This document shows, one piece after another, positions 18,253-27,761 of a DNA stretch of 40,000 nt (position 1 is its first letter; every line of letters starts with the position of its first letter). This DNA comes from Erwinia phage pEa_SNUABM_48. Made by a program: the position numbers and the translations under genes. The notes beneath the pieces are model-generated. The model did no database searches, had not been told where the DNA came from, and saw only the letters and a program-made list of their open reading frames with translations. The DNA lies in the sequence record MW879340.1, one strand, 5' to 3'.

Positions 18253-20286
18253 ATGAAAACCCCAGAAAACAACCAGCCGCAAAACACCGTAATGGGCGAC
18301 GCCCTGGCTCGTGCTACTCAGCAAGCTACTGCGCAGCAGCCTGCTCAGCCGACCCAGCCAACCCAGCCGCAGTTCACTACTGAACAGCAGCAGCCGATCT
18401 TTAACAACAACGCCCAGGGCTTCAATGCTCAGGCTAACCCACAGGGTGGCGCTGATCGTAAGTCTCGCATCTTCGACATGAACCAGCGTCGTGAGCGTAC
18501 CTTCTCTGCGCAGAACTTCTCCGAGAACTTCAAGCTCGCAGCTGATGCGATGGAAGAGTTCGCGAAGGGTTACGAAGATCAGGGTTACAAGAAATCCTGG
18601 TTCATCATCCCGCTGCAAGATGCCAACCTGCACTGTGGTGCATTGATCTACGTCCTGGGTGTTTCTACCACCATGACTGCGGTCTACACCTACATGCTGG
18701 AAAACACCGGTTCTCCGCTGAAACCACTCCCAGGTAATGACCCTATTACCCAGGAACGTTTCGAGCTGGCGCGCATGACCGGTTCTCAGTACGACGACAT
18801 CTACTGGGGCGCGGTGCAGCAGAAAGTTATCAGCACGCTGAAACTCGGTCAGAACGTTCAGGTTCTGGAAGCCGGCGCAGGTGTTATCCACTCCGAAATG
18901 GACTGGAAAGATACCGGTGCAATCAGCAAACTGATGAACAACGCAGAAAACGCCGCGATCACTTTCGCGAACCGTCTGTCTGGCTATCAGATCGAAGCAC
19001 CACTGAACCTGGTTGCAGAAATCAACCCAGCAGTTGACCGTCTGTCCGCAGGCTTCAACTTCAGCCCGCTGCCACTGTACACTGCCGATGGCCAGCCAGT
19101 GCGTAACGACGTTGAAATCAAACTGACCGTTTCTTCTGACGGCGATGTACAGGTTCAGAACTCTGAGCCGTTCACCACTGTCAACGGTTACGTTGAACTG
19201 GTATCTGCTGGTAACCAGCCGGTAATGATTCCGAACCAATGGGGTCAGATGCTGCCTGCGCCACAGCGTTACTACCCGCAGCTGGCAATCACCAACATCA
19301 GCCAGGGTATCTCCAACGCTGAAGGTCCAGAGTTCCAGCTGGTAGGTCTGTTCACCGGCACACTGCTGATGGAAAACAACAACTGGCAGAACGCCTTCGC
19401 ACCTCGTATGGTCAACGGTGTAGATATCAACGATATCGGCGCCCTGAACTACGAACTGCGTATGGGTGTGGATCCAGCTGACCCGAATGCACGTCCGAAG
19501 AAAATCGATACCAAAACCCATGAGTTCAACACGCTGTCTCTGTCTCAGCTGCTGAACGCTGCATGCTTCCCAAGCATGTCCATGGTTCTGGACATCGAAG
19601 AAACCGGTCACCGCAACTGGGTGAACTCCATGTTCCTGCAAGCCGGCGGCATGCCAGGTACTGAACCAGCTAACCTGTCTCAGGATGGTAAACTGGCGCA
19701 CGATGCAATCATCGCTGCGGCTAACAACCTGACCAACGGTAAGTTCGCTGAGTTCTTCGTAGATCCGAAAGCACTGATCACCATCCGTGACGGCTCCCGT
19801 ATCCAGGGTGGCTTCTACATCGATGAGAAAGGTGCACGTCTGGATATCCGTAACGTCGATCTGCTGGCGGTACTGAACTTCCTGGGCGAATCTGATCCGC
19901 GTAAAGTGGACGAGTGGAAAATGATCTGCTCTTCTACTTCTGGCCTGTCCGGTCCGAAACGTATCGCGCTGCGTCAGCAGTTCCTCCAGACTATTCTGGG
20001 TGCGTCTTACCAGCAGAAATGCTACTACGAACGTGTCATGGTGAACCACGTGTTCCTGGATGCGCTGCGTAAAGCACTGACTGCCGGTGGCGTTCAGGTA
20101 CGTCCGGAAAACATGTCCAACCAGTACAACTCCATGTCCTATGGTACTCCGCTGGCTGCACAGTACGGCTTCAACACCAACATCGGTTCTTCTCTGGTCC
20201 CTGGCGGTTACGCTCAGGTTGACAACCAGGGTCGCAACATTAACTTCGGTCAGTACCGTACTCCGTTCGGTCACTACCAGAGCTAA
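18253..20286 (+). CDS. Candidate phage-nucleus shell protein (ChmA/chimallin, phiKZ gp54-like)
   Basis: 677 aa, disordered Q/P/N-rich N-terminus then a folded domain; exact TATATTAC motif ~66 nt upstream; directly followed by an RNAP beta'-like gene as in phiKZ gp54-gp55; codon choice typical of high expression. Identity is by context. Confidence 0.6.
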   Translation: MKTPENNQPQNTVMGDALARATQQATAQQPAQPTQPTQPQFTTEQQQPIFNNNAQGFNAQANPQGGADRKSRIFDMNQRRERTFSAQNFSENFKLAADAMEEFAKGYEDQGYKKSWFIIPLQDANLHCGALIYVLGVSTTMTAVYTYMLENTGSPLKPLPGNDPITQERFELARMTGSQYDDIYWGAVQQKVISTLKLGQNVQVLEAGAGVIHSEMDWKDTGAISKLMNNAENAAITFANRLSGYQIEAPLNLVAEINPAVDRLSAGFNFSPLPLYTADGQPVRNDVEIKLTVSSDGDVQVQNSEPFTTVNGYVELVSAGNQPVMIPNQWGQMLPAPQRYYPQLAITNISQGISNAEGPEFQLVGLFTGTLLMENNNWQNAFAPRMVNGVDINDIGALNYELRMGVDPADPNARPKKIDTKTHEFNTLSLSQLLNAACFPSMSMVLDIEETGHRNWVNSMFLQAGGMPGTEPANLSQDGKLAHDAIIAAANNLTNGKFAEFFVDPKALITIRDGSRIQGGFYIDEKGARLDIRNVDLLAVLNFLGESDPRKVDEWKMICSSTSGLSGPKRIALRQQFLQTILGASYQQKCYYERVMVNHVFLDALRKALTAGGVQVRPENMSNQYNSMSYGTPLAAQYGFNTNIGSSLVPGGYAQVDNQGRNINFGQYRTPFGHYQS

Positions 20287-20310
20287 TGCCGTGTTAGCAT
20301 AAGCGAACAA

Positions 20311-20338
20311 AGAGGAGGGGTAACACCCTCCTCTTTTT
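20311..20338 (+). terminator. Intrinsic terminator
   Basis: AGAGGAGGG...CCCTCCTCT then TTTT. Confidence 0.9.
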
Positions 20339-20382
20339 ATGCCCTAACATTATTTTTTTAACCTGTTGGAAAAGGAAGGATC

Positions 20383-21855
20383 ATGCAGCCAATAGCCAAT
20401 GGCGGTGTGTGCGCAGTAGTAGCCGACCATGACAGAGCGTTTCTTCAACTGTCGTATCGTCCCGTTTTAATCAACGATTATGACCTTAGCATTGAAGCTG
20501 AGCGAGCCAAACTGAACGCGCAGATGCGTGTCAGTTACGATGCTGACATGTTCAGCGTTAAGCCGCGTTGTTTCTGTGGTAAGTTAGAAGGGGGTGAGAA
20601 AGTAGGTCGCGTGTGTCACAGCTGCGGACATCCGGTAACTGTTGTCACGGAAGAAGCCATCGAATCACACCTGTGGTTCCAAACCCCGGTTGGTGTGGCT
20701 GGCTTTATTAACCCACAAATCTGGACCCTGCTGTTTGAACCGTTTACGGTGAAAGGGTTCAACCCGTTAGAATACTTTGCTGACCGTCAATACACACCGG
20801 CAAAGGGTGGCGGGGATTACAAGAACAAAGAGATCTACAAGCTGTGTAAAGACATGGGGATTCCTCGTGGCATGAACAGTCTGGTAGAGAACTTCGATCG
20901 CATCATGGATACGTTATTGAATGCACAGGTTGTGCGTAGCAGTAACATCTCCTCTGAAGCATTGCGTAACTTCGGTGCACTGTATCGTCGTTATCGTGAC
21001 ATCGTGTTCTGTAAGTATTTGCAGCTGCCTTCTAAGTTGGTATTCATCGTGGAGTCCAATCCAACCGGACGTTACGCTGAACCAGGTATGAAGCTAGCCC
21101 AGGATGCCGCACTGACGGTGTGTGATGCACGTAAAGAACTGCTGGATCAGCACGATCTGAAGTTCAACGAAAACATCGCTATCAAAGTGGTACGTCAGCT
21201 GGCTGATTTCTACAAAGCTCACGATAAAGATATCTTCGCGGGTAAGCCAGGTCTGTTACGTAAGAACATTGGTGGTTCACGTATGCCGTTTACGGCACGC
21301 TGTGTAATCACTTCGAAGACCGGTCATCACGACATGGATGAAGTGGACATTCCACGTTGTATTGCGATTCCGCTGCTTCGCTTCCACATTGCGAATAAGC
21401 TGAAGGCCCGTGGGTTCCGTCCTCGTGATATCCTGTCGAAGATTACGGCGTCAATAAAGCAACCGGATCCAGTAATAGAAGAAGTGCTGGATGAACTGGA
21501 ATTGGATCAGAAGGTGGTAGGTTCTACCGTTCGCCTGATGAAAATCTTCCTGTTACGTAACCCAACGTTACGCTGGCTGTCAAACCGTCGCTTCTGGGCG
21601 CGTATCAACCGTAACCCGGATGAGATCACCATCAAGATCTCTACGTTGTCCATCATCTCGTCTAACGCCGACTTCGATGGTGACGAACTGAACTTGTTGA
21701 TGGTTACTGATGAAATCATGTCTACGTATGCAGAAGCCTTTGGCTCGCACAACTGCGTATTGGATATGAATAATCCATTAACCGTATCGGGCGATATTGC
21801 ATTACCGGCTACGTTGATTTCCACAATCAACCGCTGGGCATATAGTCACGACTAA
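20383..21855 (+). CDS. RNA polymerase beta'-like subunit, N-terminal part (non-virion RNAP candidate)
   Basis: CFCGK...GRVCHSCG Zn finger; LLRKNIGGSRMPFTARCVI; catalytic NADFDGDELNLLM; 490 aa. Confidence 0.92.
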   Translation: MQPIANGGVCAVVADHDRAFLQLSYRPVLINDYDLSIEAERAKLNAQMRVSYDADMFSVKPRCFCGKLEGGEKVGRVCHSCGHPVTVVTEEAIESHLWFQTPVGVAGFINPQIWTLLFEPFTVKGFNPLEYFADRQYTPAKGGGDYKNKEIYKLCKDMGIPRGMNSLVENFDRIMDTLLNAQVVRSSNISSEALRNFGALYRRYRDIVFCKYLQLPSKLVFIVESNPTGRYAEPGMKLAQDAALTVCDARKELLDQHDLKFNENIAIKVVRQLADFYKAHDKDIFAGKPGLLRKNIGGSRMPFTARCVITSKTGHHDMDEVDIPRCIAIPLLRFHIANKLKARGFRPRDILSKITASIKQPDPVIEEVLDELELDQKVVGSTVRLMKIFLLRNPTLRWLSNRRFWARINRNPDEITIKISTLSIISSNADFDGDELNLLMVTDEIMSTYAEAFGSHNCVLDMNNPLTVSGDIALPATLISTINRWAYSHD

Positions 21856-21861
21856 TAACTA

Positions 21862-21883
21862 GGCGGGGTCAAACCCGCCTTTT
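21862..21883 (+). terminator. Intrinsic terminator
   Basis: GGCGGG...CCCGCC then TTTT. Confidence 0.8.
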
Positions 21884-21894
21884 ATGGGGGTAGG

Positions 21895-22572
21895 ATGAAC
21901 CTACATGAAAAGTACGGGGTATCCGAAGAACAACTGATCCGTGACGGTCACGCGTTCCACCAACGCAACTCGTTTAGGAACGAACCGTTCTGGCATCAGA
22001 TCATTGTGGCCTGCGGTGGTTATCAGTGGGATGCAATTACGGCGTATCACGCAAGGGCTCACAACCTGCCTGACGCAATAGAACTGTCTAAGGCTTTCCA
22101 TTATTCCGGTGCGTTTCATATGTGGCATGTGGATGGTGGGGTCGTGTACAGCGTGATTGGTTTACACAGTAGCGACGTGACTATGTATTCGCCGGCTTCA
22201 TTGCGTTCTTTCTTAAATGCTGTGGCGCATGAACTTCAGCACGCCATTATCGCCAATGAAAACCAATGCAACATTAATTCACGCATGGAAGAAGAACCGC
22301 GTGCGTACGCCACCGGTGTGATTCTGTCGGAAGTATTGAAGATCGCTTCACGTGAATTAAACATTGGGTTTTGTGCATTACCGAAAGCGCATTATCCGAT
22401 GGCCGCTGCGATTGAACAGGTCCCAGCACAATGGGTGCCAGGAATCACCACACTGGCTGCATTATCCGGTATAATGAGTAATTACATGTCTTCCAAGACT
22501 GGGCTGGTCGAATATCGTGATAACGACTGGACCGCGGTGACCTACTACAGCGGAGGTAACCATGTACAATGA
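21895..22572 (+). CDS. Putative zinc metallopeptidase-like protein (HExxH)
   Basis: LNAVAHELQHAIIANENQC...RMEEEPRAYATG: HELQH plus downstream acidic EEEPRAYA. Confidence 0.6.
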   Translation: MNLHEKYGVSEEQLIRDGHAFHQRNSFRNEPFWHQIIVACGGYQWDAITAYHARAHNLPDAIELSKAFHYSGAFHMWHVDGGVVYSVIGLHSSDVTMYSPASLRSFLNAVAHELQHAIIANENQCNINSRMEEEPRAYATGVILSEVLKIASRELNIGFCALPKAHYPMAAAIEQVPAQWVPGITTLAALSGIMSNYMSSKTGLVEYRDNDWTAVTYYSGGNHVQ

Positions 22573-23209
22573 AGAAATGTTACGCCGTGGCGAATGGTTA
22601 GAGATCAACAATAAGCTGAACCTCAAGCCTTTCCGTAGTCTGTTGTACGTCATCACCAATCAATACGACCTTTCCTGCTTAACGACCTGTCTGAAAGACA
22701 TCACAGACCCTAGTCTGTATGATCTGATTGACTGGTCTACCGCATCAACTGATGAGAACAACTACTGCCTGTTGCATTTTCGCTCAGCGCCCGGTGCTTC
22801 TGCCTATCACATTTTGTATGCGCCGATCCTGGAGCGTGTTCAGCCAGGTGATCACTACGCGGCCGTAATGTGTCGATTGCAAGCGATGATCAACGAAGTT
22901 TGCTTTGAGGTGGTCAATACCGCTGGGTATAACCCGATGGTCGGTTGCATTACGTTCTCACAGTTAGCGTCAAAGGCATTCTTTGATTTAACGGTCCGGG
23001 TTGGGGTGATGGTTAACGCCACAATGACCATGGCTACCCCACATCAACGACAGCTGATGCAGTCCATGAATGCGCAACAGTGGAGTTATCTGGCGTGTCT
23101 GTCTGAGGTTGAGTTATACACCGCGGTGCGTACCATGGCTGATAACCTCAACAACAACATCGTGTACCATAATCAGAACGGTTGGCAGTCTACAACTTAC
23201 TTCAGTTAA
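22562..23209 (+). CDS. hypothetical protein
   Basis: 215 aa, overlaps the preceding stop. Confidence 0.85.
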   Translation: MYNEEMLRRGEWLEINNKLNLKPFRSLLYVITNQYDLSCLTTCLKDITDPSLYDLIDWSTASTDENNYCLLHFRSAPGASAYHILYAPILERVQPGDHYAAVMCRLQAMINEVCFEVVNTAGYNPMVGCITFSQLASKAFFDLTVRVGVMVNATMTMATPHQRQLMQSMNAQQWSYLACLSEVELYTAVRTMADNLNNNIVYHNQNGWQSTTYFS

Positions 23210-23215
23210 ACCTGT

Positions 23216-23236
23216 GCCTGGGGCTTCCCAGGCCTT
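23216..23236 (+). terminator. Terminator-like hairpin
   Basis: GCCTGGG-gctt-CCCAGGC; weak T-tract. Confidence 0.5.
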
Positions 23237-23581
23237 ATGACGAGCTTTAAGGAAACCCGTATGGATTTACTCAATGAAGCATCCGAACGCGATGCTGGAC
23301 GTGATACAGAGCGTTTACAACGTGTAGACGGCGCTTACTTTCATGGCTTCTGTGATAAGGGCGATGATCTGGTCTACACAAGCGGCCCAATCAAACATGT
23401 CGTGGAAGAAGGTATCCATGACGTTACCGTGTATGGCATGAAAGCCAAGTTTTATTATTGGGTTGCTATTGCACCGTACTGGCCCGGCGGTAAACGCCCT
23501 CGTGGCTTAGTCGTATTAGAAGGCACCGATTCAGAGATCGATGCTAAAGCAAAATTCAACCGTAAACAGGATGGTTTATAA
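23237..23581 (+). CDS. hypothetical protein; true start may be ATG 23261
   Basis: 114 aa ORF; M9 of the track ORF (MDLLNEAS) follows AAGGAA. Confidence 0.75.
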   Translation: MTSFKETRMDLLNEASERDAGRDTERLQRVDGAYFHGFCDKGDDLVYTSGPIKHVVEEGIHDVTVYGMKAKFYYWVAIAPYWPGGKRPRGLVVLEGTDSEIDAKAKFNRKQDGL

Positions 23582-24279
23582 TGGGTCATCACGCAGCAAT
23601 TAACATTCGTGTCAAAGTAAAGAAAGATGCGCCGGACTACATCCGTCAGTTCATGGATACCTTCTTCTTTGAAACCGACATCGATAAAGCGATTGCGGAT
23701 CTGGAACACCATCCGCTGACTCCGTTGTGTGCGTTGAAGTATTATCCGCCGGGCGATGGTTCTTTAACTGGTATGATCGCTCAGGTATCTGTTTATCACA
23801 AATCCTGGTGCTGGCGTGTTAAGGAAGAGTACGAAGACTACACGTTGTACGAATCCAAAGCCAGCTGTAACCACCGCTCAGTAGATGAAGACCTGCTTGT
23901 GCTGTTGCTATCTGGGCTGAGTTCGTTCCTGGTGGTATCGGACGGGGATATTTTGGCGCGGGTTGTTTACGAGTCGGCCAGTTCAGAACGTGTGGTCCTC
24001 TTTGATAAGGCAACCGATGCTTGTATTACGGCCAACGGTTACCTGCACAAATGGACTGATGACGAAGAGATGGGTGATGGGTCGCATCCACGCGAGCAAG
24101 GTCAGTATGAATCTGAGCCGTTGTGTGATAAAGAAGGCGCTAATCGCTTTACGCGTCTGATGCCAATCGAACACGACTTCTATCCGCCGTGGAACATTGC
24201 TGACGTGTTTGTGCGCAATACGGCCAACGATGGGAAGTGGGCGATCGAGCGTGCTGAGAATCGTGGTTTTGGTTTTTAA
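23581..24279 (+). CDS. hypothetical protein
   Basis: 232 aa, start overlaps the previous stop (TAATG). Confidence 0.85.
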   Translation: MGHHAAINIRVKVKKDAPDYIRQFMDTFFFETDIDKAIADLEHHPLTPLCALKYYPPGDGSLTGMIAQVSVYHKSWCWRVKEEYEDYTLYESKASCNHRSVDEDLLVLLLSGLSSFLVVSDGDILARVVYESASSERVVLFDKATDACITANGYLHKWTDDEEMGDGSHPREQGQYESEPLCDKEGANRFTRLMPIEHDFYPPWNIADVFVRNTANDGKWAIERAENRGFGF

Positions 24280-24307
24280 TTAACTGTTAATAAAAGGAAC
24301 GAAGTAA

Positions 24308-24772
24308 ATGAGTCGTTATTATACGCGCCGTGAAGTGGAAGGTAGTTTCCGTGGTTCTAATTCAGTCGGTGAGTGGAACGTTGGTTTAATTATCCGCGAT
24401 AGCGCTATTCTGGTGGTGGCATTGATTGTGTTACTCACTGCTGGCTGCCCTTACTATCGCGTATGGGATCGCGAGCAAACGGGTAAGGCCGCACTGGCGC
24501 AAGCGGTTCAGGATCGTCAGATTACCATCGAAGACGCACGCTCTAAGAAAGAAGCGGCTATCATGCTGGCTGATGCTGAAATCGAACGTGCACGCGGTGT
24601 GGCTGAAGCAAACAAAATCATCGGTAACTCGCTGAAGGGTAACGACGCGTATTTACACTACCTGTGGCTTGACTCGTTGAAAGACACCAAGAACCAGGTC
24701 ATCTATGTCCCAACTGAAGCTAACATGCCTATCATGGAAGCAGGTCGTGTGGTCAATACTCCAAACCAGTAG
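24308..24772 (+). CDS. Membrane protein resembling the C-terminal part of SPFH/Band-7 (stomatin/prohibitin) proteins
   Basis: N-terminal TM (ILVVALIVLLTAG), then ADAEIERARGVAEANKIIGNSLKGNDAYLHYLWLDSL..NQVIYVPTEANMPIMEAGR. Confidence 0.7.
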   Translation: MSRYYTRREVEGSFRGSNSVGEWNVGLIIRDSAILVVALIVLLTAGCPYYRVWDREQTGKAALAQAVQDRQITIEDARSKKEAAIMLADAEIERARGVAEANKIIGNSLKGNDAYLHYLWLDSLKDTKNQVIYVPTEANMPIMEAGRVVNTPNQ

Positions 24773-24775
24773 AGA

Positions 24776-24794
24776 CCTATATCACTGAGTTGTG
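24776..24794 (+). promoter_or_regulatory. Putative early promoter motif (variant spacing)
   Basis: CCTATATCAC-TGAGTT-GTG. Confidence 0.45.
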
Positions 24795-24863
24795 ACCTAG
24801 TAAAACCGTACAAAGTCATGACATGTTATACGAAGTGACGATCAAACAAACAGGAGGCAAACC

Positions 24864-25493
24864 GTGTTCATTCCAGGCGGTTACGATGCAGTCGATGCAG
24901 TAATGGGTGGTGGTCGACCGCAGCAAAGCACGCTGGCCTATTTTGATAACCAATATCAGAATATGTTAAGCGCAGCGCAGAACGTCGGCAACACGGCGCT
25001 GCAACAACTCTACCAGATTGCCCAGCAGACGTACAACTACGTCATGGATACTCGTCCATGGGAAATGGCAGAGGCGTTAATTCGTCAAACAACCCACATG
25101 TTTGATCCTAACGCAATCCGTCCGCTGATGTCGTTGGCAGAACTTCAAACTGCGAAGCCAACAATGCAGCGCTGGATCATGGCGATGCCTGAAGTCCGTG
25201 AGATGTTCCAGAACAATCAGATCGATGGTTACTCGGCGTCGTATGAAGATGCGCAGCCAGGTACAATCGGTGTCAGTCATTACGATTGGCGTCGTGCAAC
25301 GAACAGCATGGTTGCGTTCGTACCGGAAACTGATGACTGGTCATCTACCACGTTTGTGGAAGAGCTGGCAGAAGGAGATCGCGAGCTGTCGTTTGGTGAG
25401 AAGGCTGATATCACGATTACGTGGGGTCAGTGTTTACACCAGATGCACACGCAACAGTATGATCCAACGTCGGTGTGGAACAACAAACTGTAA
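24864..25493 (+). CDS. hypothetical protein
   Basis: 209 aa, RBS AGGAGG. Confidence 0.85.
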   Translation: MFIPGGYDAVDAVMGGGRPQQSTLAYFDNQYQNMLSAAQNVGNTALQQLYQIAQQTYNYVMDTRPWEMAEALIRQTTHMFDPNAIRPLMSLAELQTAKPTMQRWIMAMPEVREMFQNNQIDGYSASYEDAQPGTIGVSHYDWRRATNSMVAFVPETDDWSSTTFVEELAEGDRELSFGEKADITITWGQCLHQMHTQQYDPTSVWNNKL

Positions 25494-25498
25494 CAAAC

Positions 25499-25523
25499 AG
25501 CCTGGGGTAAAACCCAGGCTTTT
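25499..25523 (+). terminator. Intrinsic terminator
   Basis: AGCCTGGG...CCCAGGCT then TTT. Confidence 0.8.
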
Positions 25524-25543
25524 ATAACGATTAGAGGTGCTGA

Positions 25544-25822
25544 ATGAAACATTCTGCAAAGATAGCGGAACTCACTGAAGAACACAACGGTGAAGTAGCC
25601 ATTGGTGTTGGCGTTCCCAGTCATCCAGATTTCGAGTTGTATTTTCGTGAACCCGCCAACAAGGTTGTTAAAATGCGCGGTCCTGACTTGCAGGTCGGCG
25701 AGTTCATTGTTCATATCAGCCAACAGACCATCATCTTAACAAACCGTTTAACCCATCTTCGTTCCATTTGGCATCGAGAGGAAGATGGTCCTGTTTATGT
25801 AGCGCCGTTAGGTTTAAATTAG
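25544..25822 (+). CDS. hypothetical protein
   Basis: 92 aa ORF. Confidence 0.75.
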   Translation: MKHSAKIAELTEEHNGEVAIGVGVPSHPDFELYFREPANKVVKMRGPDLQVGEFIVHISQQTIILTNRLTHLRSIWHREEDGPVYVAPLGLN

Positions 25823-25833
25823 AGGTAGTTGAC

Positions 25834-26028
25834 ATGTTTCCTGGATTCGAGCAATTCGACCAGATCTTTTCTGATAAGCAAAAACAAGCAGAGCAACCGA
25901 CTCCGCAGTATTCACCAGAGCATCCTTTATACACCTACGGTTCTGGTACGACCGTAGTGAATGGACAACAGCTTTATACCGTTGGTACCGCCTCTAACCA
26001 AAAACAACATAACCTTTACTCGTATTAA
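25834..26028 (+). CDS. hypothetical protein (64 aa)
   Basis: ATG 25834 after AGAGGT; the 25768 start would overlap the previous gene. Confidence 0.65.
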   Translation: MFPGFEQFDQIFSDKQKQAEQPTPQYSPEHPLYTYGSGTTVVNGQQLYTVGTASNQKQHNLYSY

Positions 26029-26039
26029 GGATAACCCGT

Positions 26040-26780
26040 ATGAACCCTGAAAAGCTCGATAAGTTGATTACTGCCACTGGCGATCTTAAACCTTCCATGG
26101 TCGCAATAGAGTCACCACGTCTGTTGATGACTGGTAAAACCATCACGAACCCAGATGGATCCAAAGACTACGTTGCAACCTGCGTATCATCTAACATTGC
26201 CGAAGGCATGCGTGATGGGGAAATCAAGGGTGTTGTGCTCAAGGGTGGCAGGCTCGAAGACGTTCCGCCGGATTTGCGCAAAGAGATTCTTGAATCTGAA
26301 TTCGCTGGGGATGAAACCTACGCATTACCTGCCGATAAAGGTGTGGTCGTCCAGGTTATTCCTGATGACCAGTTACCAACAGATGCGGAAGGTAACAAAG
26401 CTGAACTGTTAATCCCGGAACGTCGCCTGTCTGGTCTTGATGGCGACTTCGATTACGACATGCTCTACGCCTTCCCACCTCACGCGGTTATCCCGGTTTA
26501 CGCTAAACCTAAAACGCACATCAATCGCCAGCGTCAAGGCTACAGCCGCCGTAAAGCGAAACGTGCTTATCAGGCCCGTGCAGCACATCAGGTTAAACTG
26601 ACCCGCTATAAACACCGTGGTCGTGGTTACCTGTTACTGCTCGACGATAACGGCAATCCGGTTAATCTGAAGTCAGATATTCATATTGGCCAGGCAATGG
26701 GTCGTGTGGGTGCTGAAGTGGATAGCTTCACACAGCCTACAAAACCAACCCCGCACGGCAAAGGTGACATCAATGGTTAA
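26040..26780 (+). CDS. hypothetical protein
   Basis: 246 aa ORF. Confidence 0.85.
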   Translation: MNPEKLDKLITATGDLKPSMVAIESPRLLMTGKTITNPDGSKDYVATCVSSNIAEGMRDGEIKGVVLKGGRLEDVPPDLRKEILESEFAGDETYALPADKGVVVQVIPDDQLPTDAEGNKAELLIPERRLSGLDGDFDYDMLYAFPPHAVIPVYAKPKTHINRQRQGYSRRKAKRAYQARAAHQVKLTRYKHRGRGYLLLLDDNGNPVNLKSDIHIGQAMGRVGAEVDSFTQPTKPTPHGKGDING

Positions 26781-27288
26781 ACGCTTAACCGCTAATGGTA
26801 CTAAGTTTCGTGAAGTCAAAACACCACCCACGCACAAGCGTGGGCAGGTGCTTGTTACGATTCTTTATAAGAAGCCATGGCACCAATTAGGTGGTGACAT
26901 TATGCATGCTCGTTATTTTGTTCCCGTTCATAACCAGGACATCCGGAACCTTAATAATGAAGAAACCTCACGTAATTTCATCGCCGCAACGTTCTTAACC
27001 AAAGGCTTTGGCTTCTGGCCACTTACGGTAGAGATCGAAGTTATTCCGGGTTCGGTGATTAAAGCAGCTGGTCGTGAGCTACTGGGTGCTGTACGTTGGG
27101 CCGGTAAAACAGATGAAGAGTCTGATTACTACACGCAATCGGAGATTATCGCAAAAGCCCATAACAAACCGGACATGACCTACAGTGAACTGTTCACTGA
27201 GGCTATTGGTGATTTACCACCAGGTGTAGGGGAATGGCTGAACGTGGATAAAAGGAAAGTTAAATGGGACTCAATAAGAAAGCGTTAA
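26773..27288 (+). CDS. hypothetical protein
   Basis: ATG 26773 overlapping the previous stop; 171 aa. Confidence 0.75.
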   Translation: MVKRLTANGTKFREVKTPPTHKRGQVLVTILYKKPWHQLGGDIMHARYFVPVHNQDIRNLNNEETSRNFIAATFLTKGFGFWPLTVEIEVIPGSVIKAAGRELLGAVRWAGKTDEESDYYTQSEIIAKAHNKPDMTYSELFTEAIGDLPPGVGEWLNVDKRKVKWDSIRKR

Positions 27289-27761
27289 AACTCGCCGCGT
27301 ATAAACGCCGCGGGAAAGACAGCAAAGTTATCCTTGGTCGCCGTACGATTCTGTCTATGGATCCTGGTACGAACGAGCAACCTGCTATGCTGGTTGCCGA
27401 CGTTCAACGTGAACGCATCGGAACCGGCCAATTGAAGTATGGCAAATATCCACGTTGTAAACCAGGTTTTAAAGACGTCATTATTTCAGCCAACCTGCTG
27501 ACCAACGTCATGCCGGTGTCACGTGACCCAATCGTTAAAGAAGTCGATGCCGAGACCAATGAACTGACTATCGAGTTCACGGCCATTAAGACCGGTTGCG
27601 AAGCACTTGATTTAGCGATGGCTAGTGGTATCACAGCAGGTCAATGGTCTACCATACAGCCACGTGACTCGGCACTGGCACCATCGGTTAACCAGGCGAT
27701 AGCTCGTCACGTTGAAGCCGAATGCCAGAAAGTGTGGGTGGATCTTACCGGGGGTAAATAA
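27264..27761 (+). CDS. hypothetical protein
   Basis: 165 aa ORF with ribosome-binding GGAAAG upstream. Confidence 0.8.
   Translation: MGLNKKALKLAAYKRRGKDSKVILGRRTILSMDPGTNEQPAMLVADVQRERIGTGQLKYGKYPRCKPGFKDVIISANLLTNVMPVSRDPIVKEVDAETNELTIEFTAIKTGCEALDLAMASGITAGQWSTIQPRDSALAPSVNQAIARHVEAECQKVWVDLTGGK

Noticed and set aside
18178-20310. 710-aa minus-strand ORF fully antisense to the candidate ChmA gene
   Set aside because: Codon bias of a highly expressed gene often leaves the antisense frame open; the composition (many H, V, R, Q) is typical of antisense shadow ORFs and the + frame has the promoter, RBS and terminator.
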